Part shown: piece after piece, positions 38,681 to 51,089 of the stretch
Position numbering within the stretch: the stretch's first letter is position 1
How the letters are laid out: every line of letters begins with the position of its first letter
Source: Ruditapes philippinarum
Lineage: Eukaryota
Assembly (NCBI RefSeq): GCF_026571515.1
Contig: NW_026853242.1
Span: 124,001 to 188,000 of the forward strand
Reading direction: 5' to 3'
DNA: 64,000 bases
Position numbers and translations under genes: made by a program
The notes under the pieces: generated by a model
Told to the model about the DNA's origin: nothing
Databases searched by the model: none
The model's input: only the letters and a program-made list of their open reading frames with translations

Positions 38681-41605
38681 TTAATTAGGTTCTAATTTGT
38701 ACTCCGGAGGTGGTGGGTATGCCGACGTGTCCGTTTGACTGTATGGTGGCGGTTGTATCGGAGTTTGACCGTATGGTACAGGATTTCCATACGGTGGCTG
38801 ACCGTAAGAGTAAAATTGACCGCTATTGTAGTTTTGGCCACGTGACGGTATTGTAAAATTTTGGTAAGAGTTATGATTTGTCTGCCCCACAGTAGATACT
38901 GAAATGGAAAAAATAGCCAAATTCGTGATATAATTAATAATTACCCCAAAAAGGACTTTGACAGCTTTCATTTTGAATCAGTCAACAAGGTGTTATTACT
39001 GTTTAGAGATATCAGGGTGGTAATAGAAGTTAGTAAGACAAAAGTGGGCAGGGCTGGACGGATATAGCACGTATATGTTCAAGCTTGCTCAACTAAAGGC
39101 TTTCCACTTTCCATTTCAAATCTGTAAGCTTTATTGTAATAAAACATGTAAAAAAAAACATCTTTATGTAGAAAATTTGAGTCTGGCATTACTGAGTTGT
39201 ACAACTATTTATAAATAAATGTACATTCCGAGAATATGACGATAGCTAAATATTTTCATTCAATAGTTTTTAATTATAACTGAATAAAAGGTGTAAAAAA
39301 TCTAACCCTTATCCTAACGTTAACAATAATTAAATTTACGTTGCATTGCAATAGGTTAAATGTTTTTCACAATTTAATTTCATTTATGTGAATAAATGTT
39401 CAACGTGGCTATAAAAATCGTCATATTGACTTACTATTAACATTTTGTTGATTCACTGGTCGTACAAGTTGATTTGGTCTTAACTTCTTCTTTTTGGTGA
39501 TAAGAATTGAACAGAACACACAAATGGAAACAAAAAATATAGCTGCAAACACAATCCCAATTACTGTAGCAGACGACACTCCATCGGCACTAAAAATACA
39601 AAAATAATATATACATGTATGTATATGTACAATTCATGACGTTCAATAGTTGTGGTGGTGGTGGTGCATGGTAGTTTTCACTCCGGGTCACGACAGTAAA
39701 CCACATTGAAGTCACCAGAGCACAGTTCAGCCACCGCATCCTTAATTCCTGGGCAGGCTGTCAAGCAGTTTATCAGTACAAGATGACTTCACTTTAGCAA
39801 GGAACTGAAACTTCTGTACATGTCAGAGCAGAGGTGTAGTGCGAATGACCGTAGAAAGGATTTCATGATCAGTTACAACGAAAGTGACCTGCGCCGTCTG
39901 GGAATCGAACCCGGGTCGCCCGTTTCACAGTCCAAAGCTCTACCTATTCTAACCGGACAGCTCGTTCATTAGTTCAAAATAAGGAATCAGTATTTATATA
40001 ATAATTAAAATTATCCGTTACGTTTTAGTATAATATGATTACGTCAAATGAACATGAATAAAAATTCAACAAATCCTGTTTTATTATTTCAATTTATTCA
40101 ACACATGGCGGCCAATGGGAGGTAAAAATAGAAAATGCACGAATATAAAATGTATAGCCACAAAACCATTTGAGTAAGTGGAAATTGATAATTTGTGTTT
40201 TTGGGTTGTTTTTTTTTTAAATATTTTTAGATAGTTGATCTTTATGCGGGCTCACTTTGTCAGAGGGTTATATGATTGTTCAACGAAAGCAGGTGATTTT
40301 AGAAACGCAATGCAAAATGCAAATTGACCGTATGCAATTTATGAAAATGAGACATTTGCATACGGAACACCTCGCCGATATTCAAAACCTTAAACAAAGT
40401 ATGGCGAGAAAGTTGGTTTTGTAGATATTGTGTCTCACCAGCATTTTCTGTTTCCATCACAACAATGATAGCCGTGGTCACAGTATGTGTATGTTGATCC
40501 TTGAACGTCACAGATATCCCGGTCCCCTGATACTCCTTGTCCTGAAATATGTTATATTTTGTTAGAGTATTGTTTAAACTTGAAAAACCGTGTTCCATAT
40601 ATATATACGTGTTCATTTATACGTATTTATATATACTCGTTCATATACATCGTGTTCATATTTATACTATTAGTTATAAAGATTGTTGACAGGTTGTATG
40701 GCCCTATATAAACGGTTGCTTGAAAATATAACCCGAGCCGCCAGGCGAGGGTAATATTGCAAACAACCGTTTATATTTGGCCATATAACCTGTCAACAAT
40801 TTTTATAACGAATTTATAATACTGCAAACTTCCTTTTCTAGAGAAAAAAGTGAGAGTTCTTTGTAAATTGATAGCGGTCGTGTATATTATTAGTTATACC
40901 GGTATTATGGTTATATGGCCCTGATATAAACGGCTGTTTGGAAATATAACCCGAGCCGCTAGGCGATAGTTTATATCGCAAACAACCGTTTATATACGGT
41001 CATATAACCTGTCAGGAAAATTTATAACGAATTTTTATAATACAGCAAACTTCCTTTTTTGAGAAAAATGTGAGATTTCTAAGAAAATTGACAGCAGCCG
41101 TGTTTATAAAGCCGCTCACCCACGGACGCCTTATAGTGTAACTCAAAACATAACATAATATGTAATTCCTAGTTTTAATAAAGCTTAGCTACACAAATTC
41201 CTTTGTAAAATCAGTATAACCAAACGTACATAGTTAATAATTTGAAATGAACATGTTTATTTTTTTTTTAAGAAAATATGCTTTTTTAAGTTTATTCTTT
41301 AAGATGACATCTTAATTCTTTAAAATAGCATATTTTTGTTTATACTTTAAAAGTACATGTTTTTAAGAGAACGACATGACTAATGACTAGATATTCCTAA
41401 AGAGAACATCATTATTCATATCTAGAGCATGCTTATTTTTAAGGGAACATCTTTACTCTTTGAAAGGACGTTTTAAAAAAATGCATTTTATGTTACAAGA
41501 TATAGTATTATGCAATGAGATAATATCCTAAAAGATACAGAAAAATATGTTCTGTTCAAGATAAGTGATATGTTATGCATGTATTTCACGAGTTTGTTTT
41601 TGGGT

Positions 41606-41660
<55 letters not shown>

Positions 41661-43168
41661 GTTGTAAATGTTGTATAAATTCCAACACAATCGAACCAAT
41701 AAATTAGATAATTACTACTTACGACTGTGTAAATCCCGTCATGGTTTTGGTATCATTACCGGATTATTATAATATTGTTATAATATGGTGTTAAGAGGAT
41801 TAGATTCAAGTGGGAAAATAAATACTCAAGTAAATACGTAAACTTTATTGTTTAAATTAGCAATCACGTGTTCATTTATTTTTTTTTCGTTTTGAAGCTG
41901 GAGTATTCGAAGTGTATCGAGAGCTGTCTACTCATCCCGGCGTCCACGTCCAGATTTCACATTAAAGTTTTGGTGCTTATCTTTTTTTACTTAAGGTATC
42001 AACTTTAAACTTCAAATATATGTCCCTTATTATCAACAACATCATATGTGTGAATAAAGTTAAATTAATCCAAGTGCTCTTTTTATAATATACGAGAAAA
42101 TGACAAGGGTTTTAACTCTAGCACCAATAGTTTCAGAATTATCTCCCCATAAACTTAGATTTGTCTTAAAAATGTTATTTTTTACTGTAACTTCTATATT
42201 ACTTAAGGTACCTACTTCAAACATATAATTATGTTCCTTATCATCAACCACATGATTTGTGACACGATTCATACATATCTCTATTCATTCTATTCATTCT
42301 TACAGAATTACCCCCCCCCCTCTTGAACTTAGAATTTCGTATTAAAAAATGTTATTTATTACTTTAACTTCTTCTTTTCTAATGGTATTTACTTCAAACT
42401 TCAAATATTTGTTGCTTATTATCACTCACATTATGTGTGACACGTCGGACAAGTAATCTAAGGATTGCTGGTCGCGTGAGTTCAAACCCCGTCAGGGGCA
42501 AGCCACCGTTTCCGTGACCAAGGAAGTTTACATTTATTGCTTAGTACTGGTTGGCTTAGGAAGCTTATAGCTTCCTACACTTCCTACTCAATCGAACTAA
42601 ATAAGTATTAACTAATATTATATTAACACTTAAAGTCAAGAGATTTTTTAAGCGGAGAAAAGATTATGTTTGTTAAAATGACGTTTTGTTTTTCATATAT
42701 TATTGATCTTAAGAAAATTAAATATTTATTATATACTCTAAAACCTTAACATATGACAACGAGTTCTTAAAGTGTTTTTTTTTTATACATAGAAACGCTA
42801 AAAGATAGCCGTTAGCCACGTAAAATAAATTTCGCATAAAAGGGAGCGTTTTGTGAATTAAATAGTTGTTACTATTTAACAAGTTAAAAAGTTTAAGTTT
42901 TACGCTTGAGCTATAGATATCTGTTAAATTTTCTGCATTTTATTGACATAATGCTGCTTGATCTGGTTTGATTTATTGTACAATTAGGGTACATCTATTT
43001 AACCCAAAATTCATTCCTTCATTTTACATAATCATTTTTTTAAACATTTTATATAACATTTTCAAAAGGCAAACACATTAAAAACCGTAAATATATAAAT
43101 TATATATACCTACCATGGTAAAATATTACTCCAAGTATCACAGAAATAAACGTTTCTTTCCTGTTCAT
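38681..43168 (-). CDS. Shisa-like / CYYR1-WBP1-VOPP1 type (STMC6) single-pass PPxY adaptor, 176 aa, 4 exons
   Basis: Exons 43168-43114, 40541-40439, 39589-39435, 38898-38681, all GT-AG with consistent phases (1, 2, 1). Signal peptide MNRKETFISVILGVIFYHGQGVSG; ectodomain CDVQGSTYTYCDHGYHCCDGNRKCC (C-C-CC-CC); TM VIGIVFAAIFFVSICVFCSILI + KKKK; Pro/Tyr/Gln tail with PPPY and PPEY. Confidence 0.92.
39655..39962 (-). mobile_element. tRNA-derived SINE family C (central domain resembling MetaSINE)
   Basis: On - strand: B-box GGTTCGATTCCC, then GATCATGAAATCCTTTCTACGGTCATTC...AGCCTGCCCAGG, (CAC)n tail. Superfamily assignment is from recall of the consensus, not a search. Confidence 0.7.
40673..41110. 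repeat. Palindromic (foldback) element present as a tandem duplicate
   Basis: ~60-bp arms in 40673-40809 around a GAGCCGCCAGGCGA loop. The unit and its right flank repeat at about 40908-41110. Confidence 0.8.
42452..42562 (+). mobile_element. CORE-like SINE fragment (family D) within a decayed HINE-like region (~41890-42445)
   Basis: GAGTTCAAACCCCGTCAGGGGCAAG..GTTTCCGTGACCAAGGAAGTTTACA..AGTACTGGTTGG matches the - strand copy at 61205-61352. Confidence 0.6.
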
Positions 43169-45067
43169 CTTTAACATACACTGTATTTCCGCCTAATTGT
43201 TGACAAAAAACAAAATCCCTCTGTCTTTTCCGTGTAATTTTACATGTTTTAATCCCAAATTTTAATTAACTATTTAAATGTTTATCGCGCTTTCGTGTGA
43301 AAGAAATATATAAATAGGTCGGTGTATATAGTACCAAACTGTCTAAACTGTTTAAACGATTAAAGAATATTGATTTCAAGTTTGGTGACGTCGGTATTCT
43401 TTTGAAAGTTTACTCTGATATAAAAATGTATATATGTATACTGGGTGTATATTTATTTGAACAAGGAAAACAAAACTCAAATTTTCATTACAAGCGTACA
43501 TTTAGATGACTTTTAAGAAGAGGAAGTGAAGCGAACTCCTGTATTTAACCGGGGTATCATTTTACAACACACAAGTCTTGTTCCCGCATCAACGTATTCC
43601 CTTTTGATTGTTTGACATAAAGGACACGTACATTCATGCACGTGTGTAGCAATAATTGGTTAGAATTCATCATTTCCATTTCAATGACGAACTTAATCTT
43701 ACAGTATCTTAATTAACTTAAGATTTTATCTCAAAGAAATAGACTTTGCAAGTGTTATTTACATTGCATCCAAAAAACAAACTTGAAAGCCATGGCTATC
43801 TAAAATATAATTATGCTGATAATTTTAAACTACTTGGACCTTTTTTGTCCTTTTTTACATACTATCACGTAAAATAAACTTTATACTTAGCCAAAAATCA
43901 AACTACAAAATGTGGATTTATCAAATATGTGACCAACACGGAAAATAATCATGAATTATCGCCCCACGGAATGTCATTTCGTAACACCTCTTAAACAATT
44001 CCTGAGTTCGGAAATTCCATGGTCTTCCGTCATCTGTCTGTCCGTCTGTCACAAACTTGTCCGGACTACTCCTCAAAAACTACTAGTGCAATTTCATCCC
44101 AACTTTACATGAATGGTCAGTACCAAGTCTAGTTGTGCATATTGTCGGCATTTTCCGAGTCAATGTGGTTATGACCCTTTAATGATTTTGATTTTTAAAG
44201 TTAATCCTCTTATACCACTCATGCAATTTCAATGAAACTTTACAGTGTTGAACCTGAAGTTTAAGGAGTACTGAAACTAATTATGTATTGTTTTACATAG
44301 ATAACATGCTAGATAACAGTATGGCTAATCTTTATCACAGCAATCGTGATGACAAAACTGAACAGCCCTGGTTGACTTAAAGTTTAACTTAAAATAGTAA
44401 TGCATTAATTTTGCATAATTATATATTAGATCAGCCAGAACTTCTAATTAAGATTAAACCGATAATGACTAATTGGACATTGAAATGTGATAACCGTATG
44501 TATAAAATATGAGGTAAAATTTATACCAAACACGAGCAAAAAACAATACAAACTTATCAGAGCGTCTCTAATATCTTTCTGTGTGAATCAGTATATCAAC
44601 GTGCTCAAAGTTTTGCACAAGAATGATACTCTGAGTCTGTGTTTGTTTTGTATGATTTTACGGCCCATCAAGACTATTTAGGTCTTTTGGCGTCGAAACC
44701 GGAAAGTTGATTTTGGCTAACCTCGGGTGCTACACCAGGGGTCAAAACCGTCTTATCTGCTGGAGCTAAGAGATTCATAGACATATAATAGATGTACATC
44801 TGTAAACAAATTCCACTTAATGTCATATGGTTTCGGTTTCTATAACCATAATAATAAGTATATAATTAATGTACTCTTTTTAATTACTTAATTAATATAG
44901 GTGTACCTTAATTTACTCGATATATTGGAAAAATCTTAGTCAACAACTCACAGCATTAAATTACTATTTGTTTGCATGACCGAAATACCGTATCCGTTCC
45001 GTGTATTTTTAGTCCCTCTCTGAAGCTTGATGGAATAAGGGGCGAGAAGATGCGATTGGTTATTGCA

Positions 45068-45207
45068 CACAATGTTGGCGCCTTATCGTGCACAATGTTG
45101 GCGCCTTATCGTGCACAATGTTGGCGCCTTATCGTGCACAATGTTGGCGCCTTATCGTGCACAATGTTGGCGCCTTATCGTGCACAATGTTGGCCCCTTA
45201 TCGTGCA
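45068..45207. repeat. 23-bp CpG-containing minisatellite x6 (CACAATGTTGGCGCCTTATCGTG)
   Basis: Units at 45068, 45091, 45114, 45137, 45160, 45183. Five are identical, the last has one substitution. Confidence 0.97.
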
Positions 45208-45759
45208 TACTTAAAATTCAATTCTAGGTTAGTCGATATATCTTGAACATTGTAGAACAATCCAGTTTAAAGTTTCATGTATTTCACATAATGATGATGA
45301 ATTCCTCTCAAATAGTGGTTATCACCTTAAAGCGGTACATTAGGACTTTTAGTCATCATTTGAAGAACTAAGTCGCATTTACATGCCATCACGGACTTCT
45401 AATTATCGTATAAATTTAACCTTTTCTTTATTCCTTTATTCTTCATTTACAGTCACTATATACAGTATAGCTGTTTGACACGCATTTTATTTAATGTCAT
45501 TTTAAAGAGAAAAAAGGATTACAATGGCAATAAAATAAAATTACACTTTATAGAGTGTAATGATCGAGATAAAGTAATTTATATTTGCTCAATGTGTTTT
45601 TGTTTTATTGCTAAATGTTATTTTGTGTTTTTTATGGGGTCTGTCACAGGAGTTATGACCACTTTCTATATGTAAGTCTCTGTTCTAGCACAAGAGCAAG
45701 GAAAATGATATTCGATTTACTATAATATTTTGATTTTCTTAAGTCCTCCAAATAACCAC

Positions 45760-45878
45760 ATATCTCGCAGTCACATGAGTGCGCCTTTCCGTTTTAAAGC
45801 ATTATTTCTGACTTTAAATATTTACCGGAAATTACGTGTTTTACCACGTGATCGGACAAGTTCCGGCTAGAAGTCAAA
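45760..45878 (+). promoter_or_regulatory. Putative RSRC2 core promoter / 5' UTR
   Basis: Local CpG enrichment, CCGGAA (45825) and TTCCGG (45861) ETS-like cores, CACGTG E-box (45845), CAAAATGG YY1-like motif over the ATG. Motif matches only. Confidence 0.45.
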
Positions 45879-48800
45879 ATGGATTTGCTAGCGAACTATG
45901 ACGATGAAAATACTGAAGATAACTCAATATCAGATAGTCCCAAACAAAAGGAGGTGTGTTAAATCGTTTAAGTACATAACATGTATTGAAAGTATACAAA
46001 TTTTACTTAGTATCAGTTAAGTGACAAGGCTAATTGAAGTGGAAAACTATGGTGGTGTAACAGTAAAACCTTGTTAAACCAGGATGTTTTTTAAATCATA
46101 AATGATCATTGATAATTATAAGAATCTATATCTTATGTTCTCTTAATTGTTTCTTATTCTGTTTAGCAAAGATAATTTGATTAGATTCAGTAGACATAAT
46201 CTTAAATATACAGAAATATACGTTTGAATTTGTCAGTGGTAATGATTCGCCCCACTCACTATTCGTCCCACAGAATTTCAAAATTTGTTGACGTTTCACC
46301 TACAGCTATTTTCAACTTACAGGTGTTTTGAATTATTAAAAAAATAAAACATTATAATTAATTTCATGAATGAAATAGAATAATAAAGAGTCAAAATTAT
46401 TTTTGTTTTGTATCAATTCTGTGAATGTAGAACAAATGGTGTTTGGACTTTACACCTCCTGGATGTTTCACCCTTGGACGTTTCACCTTCAAAACCCAGG
46501 TCTTTTCACCTCCACTTTTTAAATTTGATAAATATATGAAATAAATACCATTATGGGTAAACATCCTTGTAAACAATTACATTCATGATATAAAGAAGAT
46601 TTTTTTGACATAAATATAGTGAAATTTTCCTGGAAAAATATTTAGAATAAAATATGATACCATTTTTATTTTCTTATTATTTTTTATAAAATAGAAAATA
46701 AAATTATATGATGAAAATAACAGTGTTTATTATAATGTTATGTTATTGTATAGTGCATACATTGTAGATATAGTAATTGACTCTGAATAAAATTTAGTAA
46801 ATCTGATCATTTTGTTTTTATATGTTTTTCATACATGGATAAATATTTGGTAAATTTTAATTGAACAAGAATATCATTTTTTAAATAAAATTTCTTAACC
46901 AAAAATTCAAAAAACAAATAGATCTATTTATCATGCAAATTTATATGAAATTGAGTTATCTCAATTATCACTCAATATAATCCAATTAAGGTGTAACAAC
47001 TAAGGTATGTCAAACAAGTTTACTGATATTAATATTAAAAAAAAAGGAGGTGAAACATCCAGGAGGTGTAAAGACCAAAGGTGAAACGTCCAGGAGGTGT
47101 AAAGACCAAAGGTGAAACGTCCAGGAGGTGTAAAGTCCTGAAATCGAACAAATCAAATGATTACTGTTGCTTAGAAGTTAGCTTGCTATGCATTTATTTG
47201 ATGACAAGTACTGAAGTAGTGCTGTTGTATGTGACAGAGTTCCTATTCCTGAAATTGAGGGTGTTACTGCATCATGTAAATAAAGGTGTATAAAAAACAA
47301 ATTTATGTAAATAAAAATAAACAAAAAAGGCAAAAAAAAAAAAAAATTAAAACTAAAAATTAAATAATTTATCCCATTCCTTTACCAGCATGTATTTTTC
47401 AAACATTCCAATAATATTTTAAAACCATTCAAGCAAACAATAAATAAACAAGAACTTTATATTTAATCTATGATTTTTGATAAAGTTCTGTAGATTTCCA
47501 GTGAGAAAAAAAATGTGTTACTTTTAGAAGAGCAGTTTTAATTAACAGGATAATCTGACAATCTGTAACTTTTTTTTACCTTTTTTGTGTGGCTTTAACA
47601 TGGATATCTTTTTAGGCTATAAAATCATTATTTTTGAGTCTGTTCCCAAAAAATTTGATGCATACCCCTAACATCGGTCATTCAGTAGTACATGCTCTTT
47701 AAAAAGGCCGGTGGGCAACCTGAGTGATCATGTCAGTTGTAAATGTTAACCCAGTTTAAATTGGAATACAATATATTATTTATAGTTCATGAGAAACACA
47801 TAATTAAGGCCATCCTTAAAAAAATGTTTGTTTGCAGTAACCCGACCCAGACTTTTCAAGGTGGGTAGGTAGGTCGATTTTGTTTTTTATGCCCCCGCCA
47901 TATAATGGCAGGGGCATATAGTGTTACCCTGTTCCGTCATTCCGTCCTTCCGTCCTTCTGTCATCATCAGTTTCCGTTCATTATCTTAATAACCCTTGCA
48001 CATATTGAACTCAAATTTGACATATGGATATGTCATGAGAAAATACAGGTCAAGTTCGAAATTGGTCATGGTTCGATGATTTTTGGCAGAGTTATGCCCC
48101 TTTTACATTGAAAATAATATGAAATTTTCAGTTTCCGTTCATTATCTCCCAAACGGTTCAAAACATTCAATTCAAAATTGACATATGGATATGTCATGAG
48201 AAAATACAGGTCAAGTTCGAAATTGGTCATGGTTTGATGATTTTTGGCAGAGTTATGCCCCTTTTACTTTGAAAATAACAGAAATTTTCAGTTTCCGTTC
48301 ATTATCTCCCCAACGGTACAACACATTCAACTCAAACTTGACATATTGATATGTCATGAGAAAATACAGGTCAAGTTCAAATTTGGTCTTGGTTCGATGA
48401 TTTTTGGCAGAGTTATGCCCCTTTTACTTTGAAAATAATATGAAATTTTCAGTTTCCGTTCATTAACACCCCAATGGTACAACACATTCAACTCAAACTT
48501 GACATATGGATACGTCAAAGGAATGCGCAGGTCAAGTTCAAATTTGGTTATGGTTCAATGATTTTTGGCAGAGTTATGCCCCTTTTACTTTGAAAATAAT
48601 ATGAAATTTTCAGTTTCCGTTCATTATCTCCCCAATCGTACAACACATTTAGCTCAAACTTGACATATCGATATGCAAAGGAATGCGCAGGTCAAGTTCA
48701 AATTTGGTCATGGTTCGATGATTTTTGGCAGAGTTTTGCCCCTTTTACTTTGAAAATAATATGAAATTTTCAGTTTCTGTTTATTATCTCCCCAACAGTA

Positions 48801-51056
48801 TTAAACATTCAACTCAAATTTGACATATTGATACGTCAAAGGAATGCGCAGGTCAATTTCAAATTTGGTCATGGTTGGATGATTTTTGGCTGAGTTATGC
48901 CCCTTTCACTTTAAAAATAATATGAAATTTTCAGTTTCCGTTTATTATCTCCCCAACAATATTACACATTCAACTCAAATTTGACAAATGGATATGTTTT
49001 TGGAATGCACAGACCAAGTTCGAATCTGGTCATGGTTCAATGATTTTTGGCAGAGTAATGCCCCTTTCACTTTGAAAATGATATGAAATTTACAGTTTCT
49101 GTTTATTATCAACCCAACAGTGTTACATATTCAACTCAAAATTGACATAATTATTATGGATATGTCAAAGGAATGCGCAGGTCAAGTTGGAATTTGGTCA
49201 TGGTTTGATGATTTTTTGGCAGAGTTATGTCCCTTTCACTTTGAAAATAATATAGATACATCTTAGGAATAAGCAGTTTAAGTTTGAATTTGGTCGTGGT
49301 TCAATGATTTTAGACAAACTTATCTTTCCTGAATGTTGGAAAAAATTTGAACTTTCAGTTTCAGCACTCATACTTTTGTGGAAATGTATATAGCCATTAT
49401 GTTGGCTACAAATATGCAATATGCTATTTTTAAAAGGTTAAGACTGAATAATTTCAGTGCCTTGAACATTGTATAAAAATGGTTTGAGTTAACATTGAAA
49501 AGTTTTAAGGGCTTTGAACTTAGAATGAAAAAAATAATTTGTGCAAACAAATTTGGAACTAAATATTATAACATTTGAAATTTTGGCTGCATGCGGGGGC
49601 ATCCGTGGCATGATGACACATTTCTAGTTTTATTGAACTGTACTCCCAAATAAACATGGAATTTCAAAATGCTGGACAATATATGCTTTGATAATCTGGT
49701 AACAATTAATAAATTGATAACTGAATTCTAATTTAATAAGACCTACATTTTATTTCTTCTATTAACCTTTAAAAGAACAAAAACAAAGCACAAGGCATAA
49801 TTTTCTGATCATGAAAAAAAATTTTGAGTAGGGGCAAATTTTGTGAGTCGGTTGCGTTACTGCAAACAAACATTTTTTTTAAGGATGGCCTAATTGATAA
49901 AATTACTGTTTGATTTTGTTTAATTTTATATTATTGGCTTCTATGAAGATATGTTAACTATTAGAACATGGCAATATTTTATATGATATATTAATTTATT
50001 GATGCTTTTATTTACAACAGGTGAAAGGTAAAACACATTTAACCCCAACAGTGTTAGAGAATGAATGGCTCTCCTTTGAACAGATGATAGCACCAGGTGG
50101 AGGAGGAGGTAACACAGACCCTGTGAAGAGCAGTGACTTCTTAGTGAATGGTATTGTGGCATATCCCGGCATGAAAAGTTCACAAAACCCAGCAGAGAGT
50201 GGTTTAGCTTTAGAAGAACAGTCATCTGCCAGCAATGAAAGTGATGCAGGTAGTTAAGTATTTTTCATATATAAGTTTAAAATGAAAATGTAATTCTTAT
50301 AATGATATAGATAAGTTTGGTAATAAAAATGTTTATATATGAAAAAAAGCAAAACATTACTAACTAGTGTGAAGGTTGGGGATATGTTGACAATGCATAC
50401 TTAATATTTTATAAGTAAGGTTTACTGTACAGAAGTTTTTGGTTATTTATATGGTGAATAAATGCAGGTAGGCGACAGGGTTTTCAAGTTTCAACAGTTT
50501 CTTCAGCATACATATGCTTCTATATTTCTCAAAAGATAGAAGAATGATTGTCATTAAGTTTCAATTACTATGAGTGTAACAAAAAAACTTTTTATGTATT
50601 TATAATGAAATGAATTGTTAGTTGAATATCAAAATTTACAATTGTGACTGAAATGTATGTTTCATAAATATGTTTGATCTTGAACAAATGAATCACTGAC
50701 TTTTTCAGAAGAAGACAAGCCTGAACAAAGTAAAGATTTAGTGTCAGGGGAACCAAATGATGCAGAACCAGTAAAAAAAGAGGATGAAGATGATGATGCC
50801 TTTTTCAAACTTAGAAAGGTATGAAATCAACAGTCATCCCTGGAAAGTGGGAGCACAAAACATCTCCAGAAATGTTGTTACTTGTTTATTTTTGTAAGAG
50901 GGAATTTCACTAGGATTGTGCTTCTTTCTATAACTTTCCAGGGATTAGGATGGGCTTGAATGATTAACTGTAACCCTTACTGGGGTATTGAAATTATACG
51001 GACAAGAAATTAGTACATGTACATCTTTTAACTTTTTTCATGTATGCAAAAGGATG

Positions 51057-51089
<33 letters not shown>

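Noticed and set aside
40299-40616. 105-aa minus-strand ORF
   Set aside because: Wrong frame; the real exon 40541-40439 is in another frame and encodes the six-Cys domain.
41488-41688. Poly-Lys ORF
   Set aside because: Translation of a ~50-nt poly-T run in an intron.
41717-41745. Strong minus-strand donor GTAAGT in STMC6 intron 1
   Set aside because: No usable acceptor. An ATG-initiated version would end in phase 2 and not fit exon 2, while exon 1 already joins exon 2 in phase.
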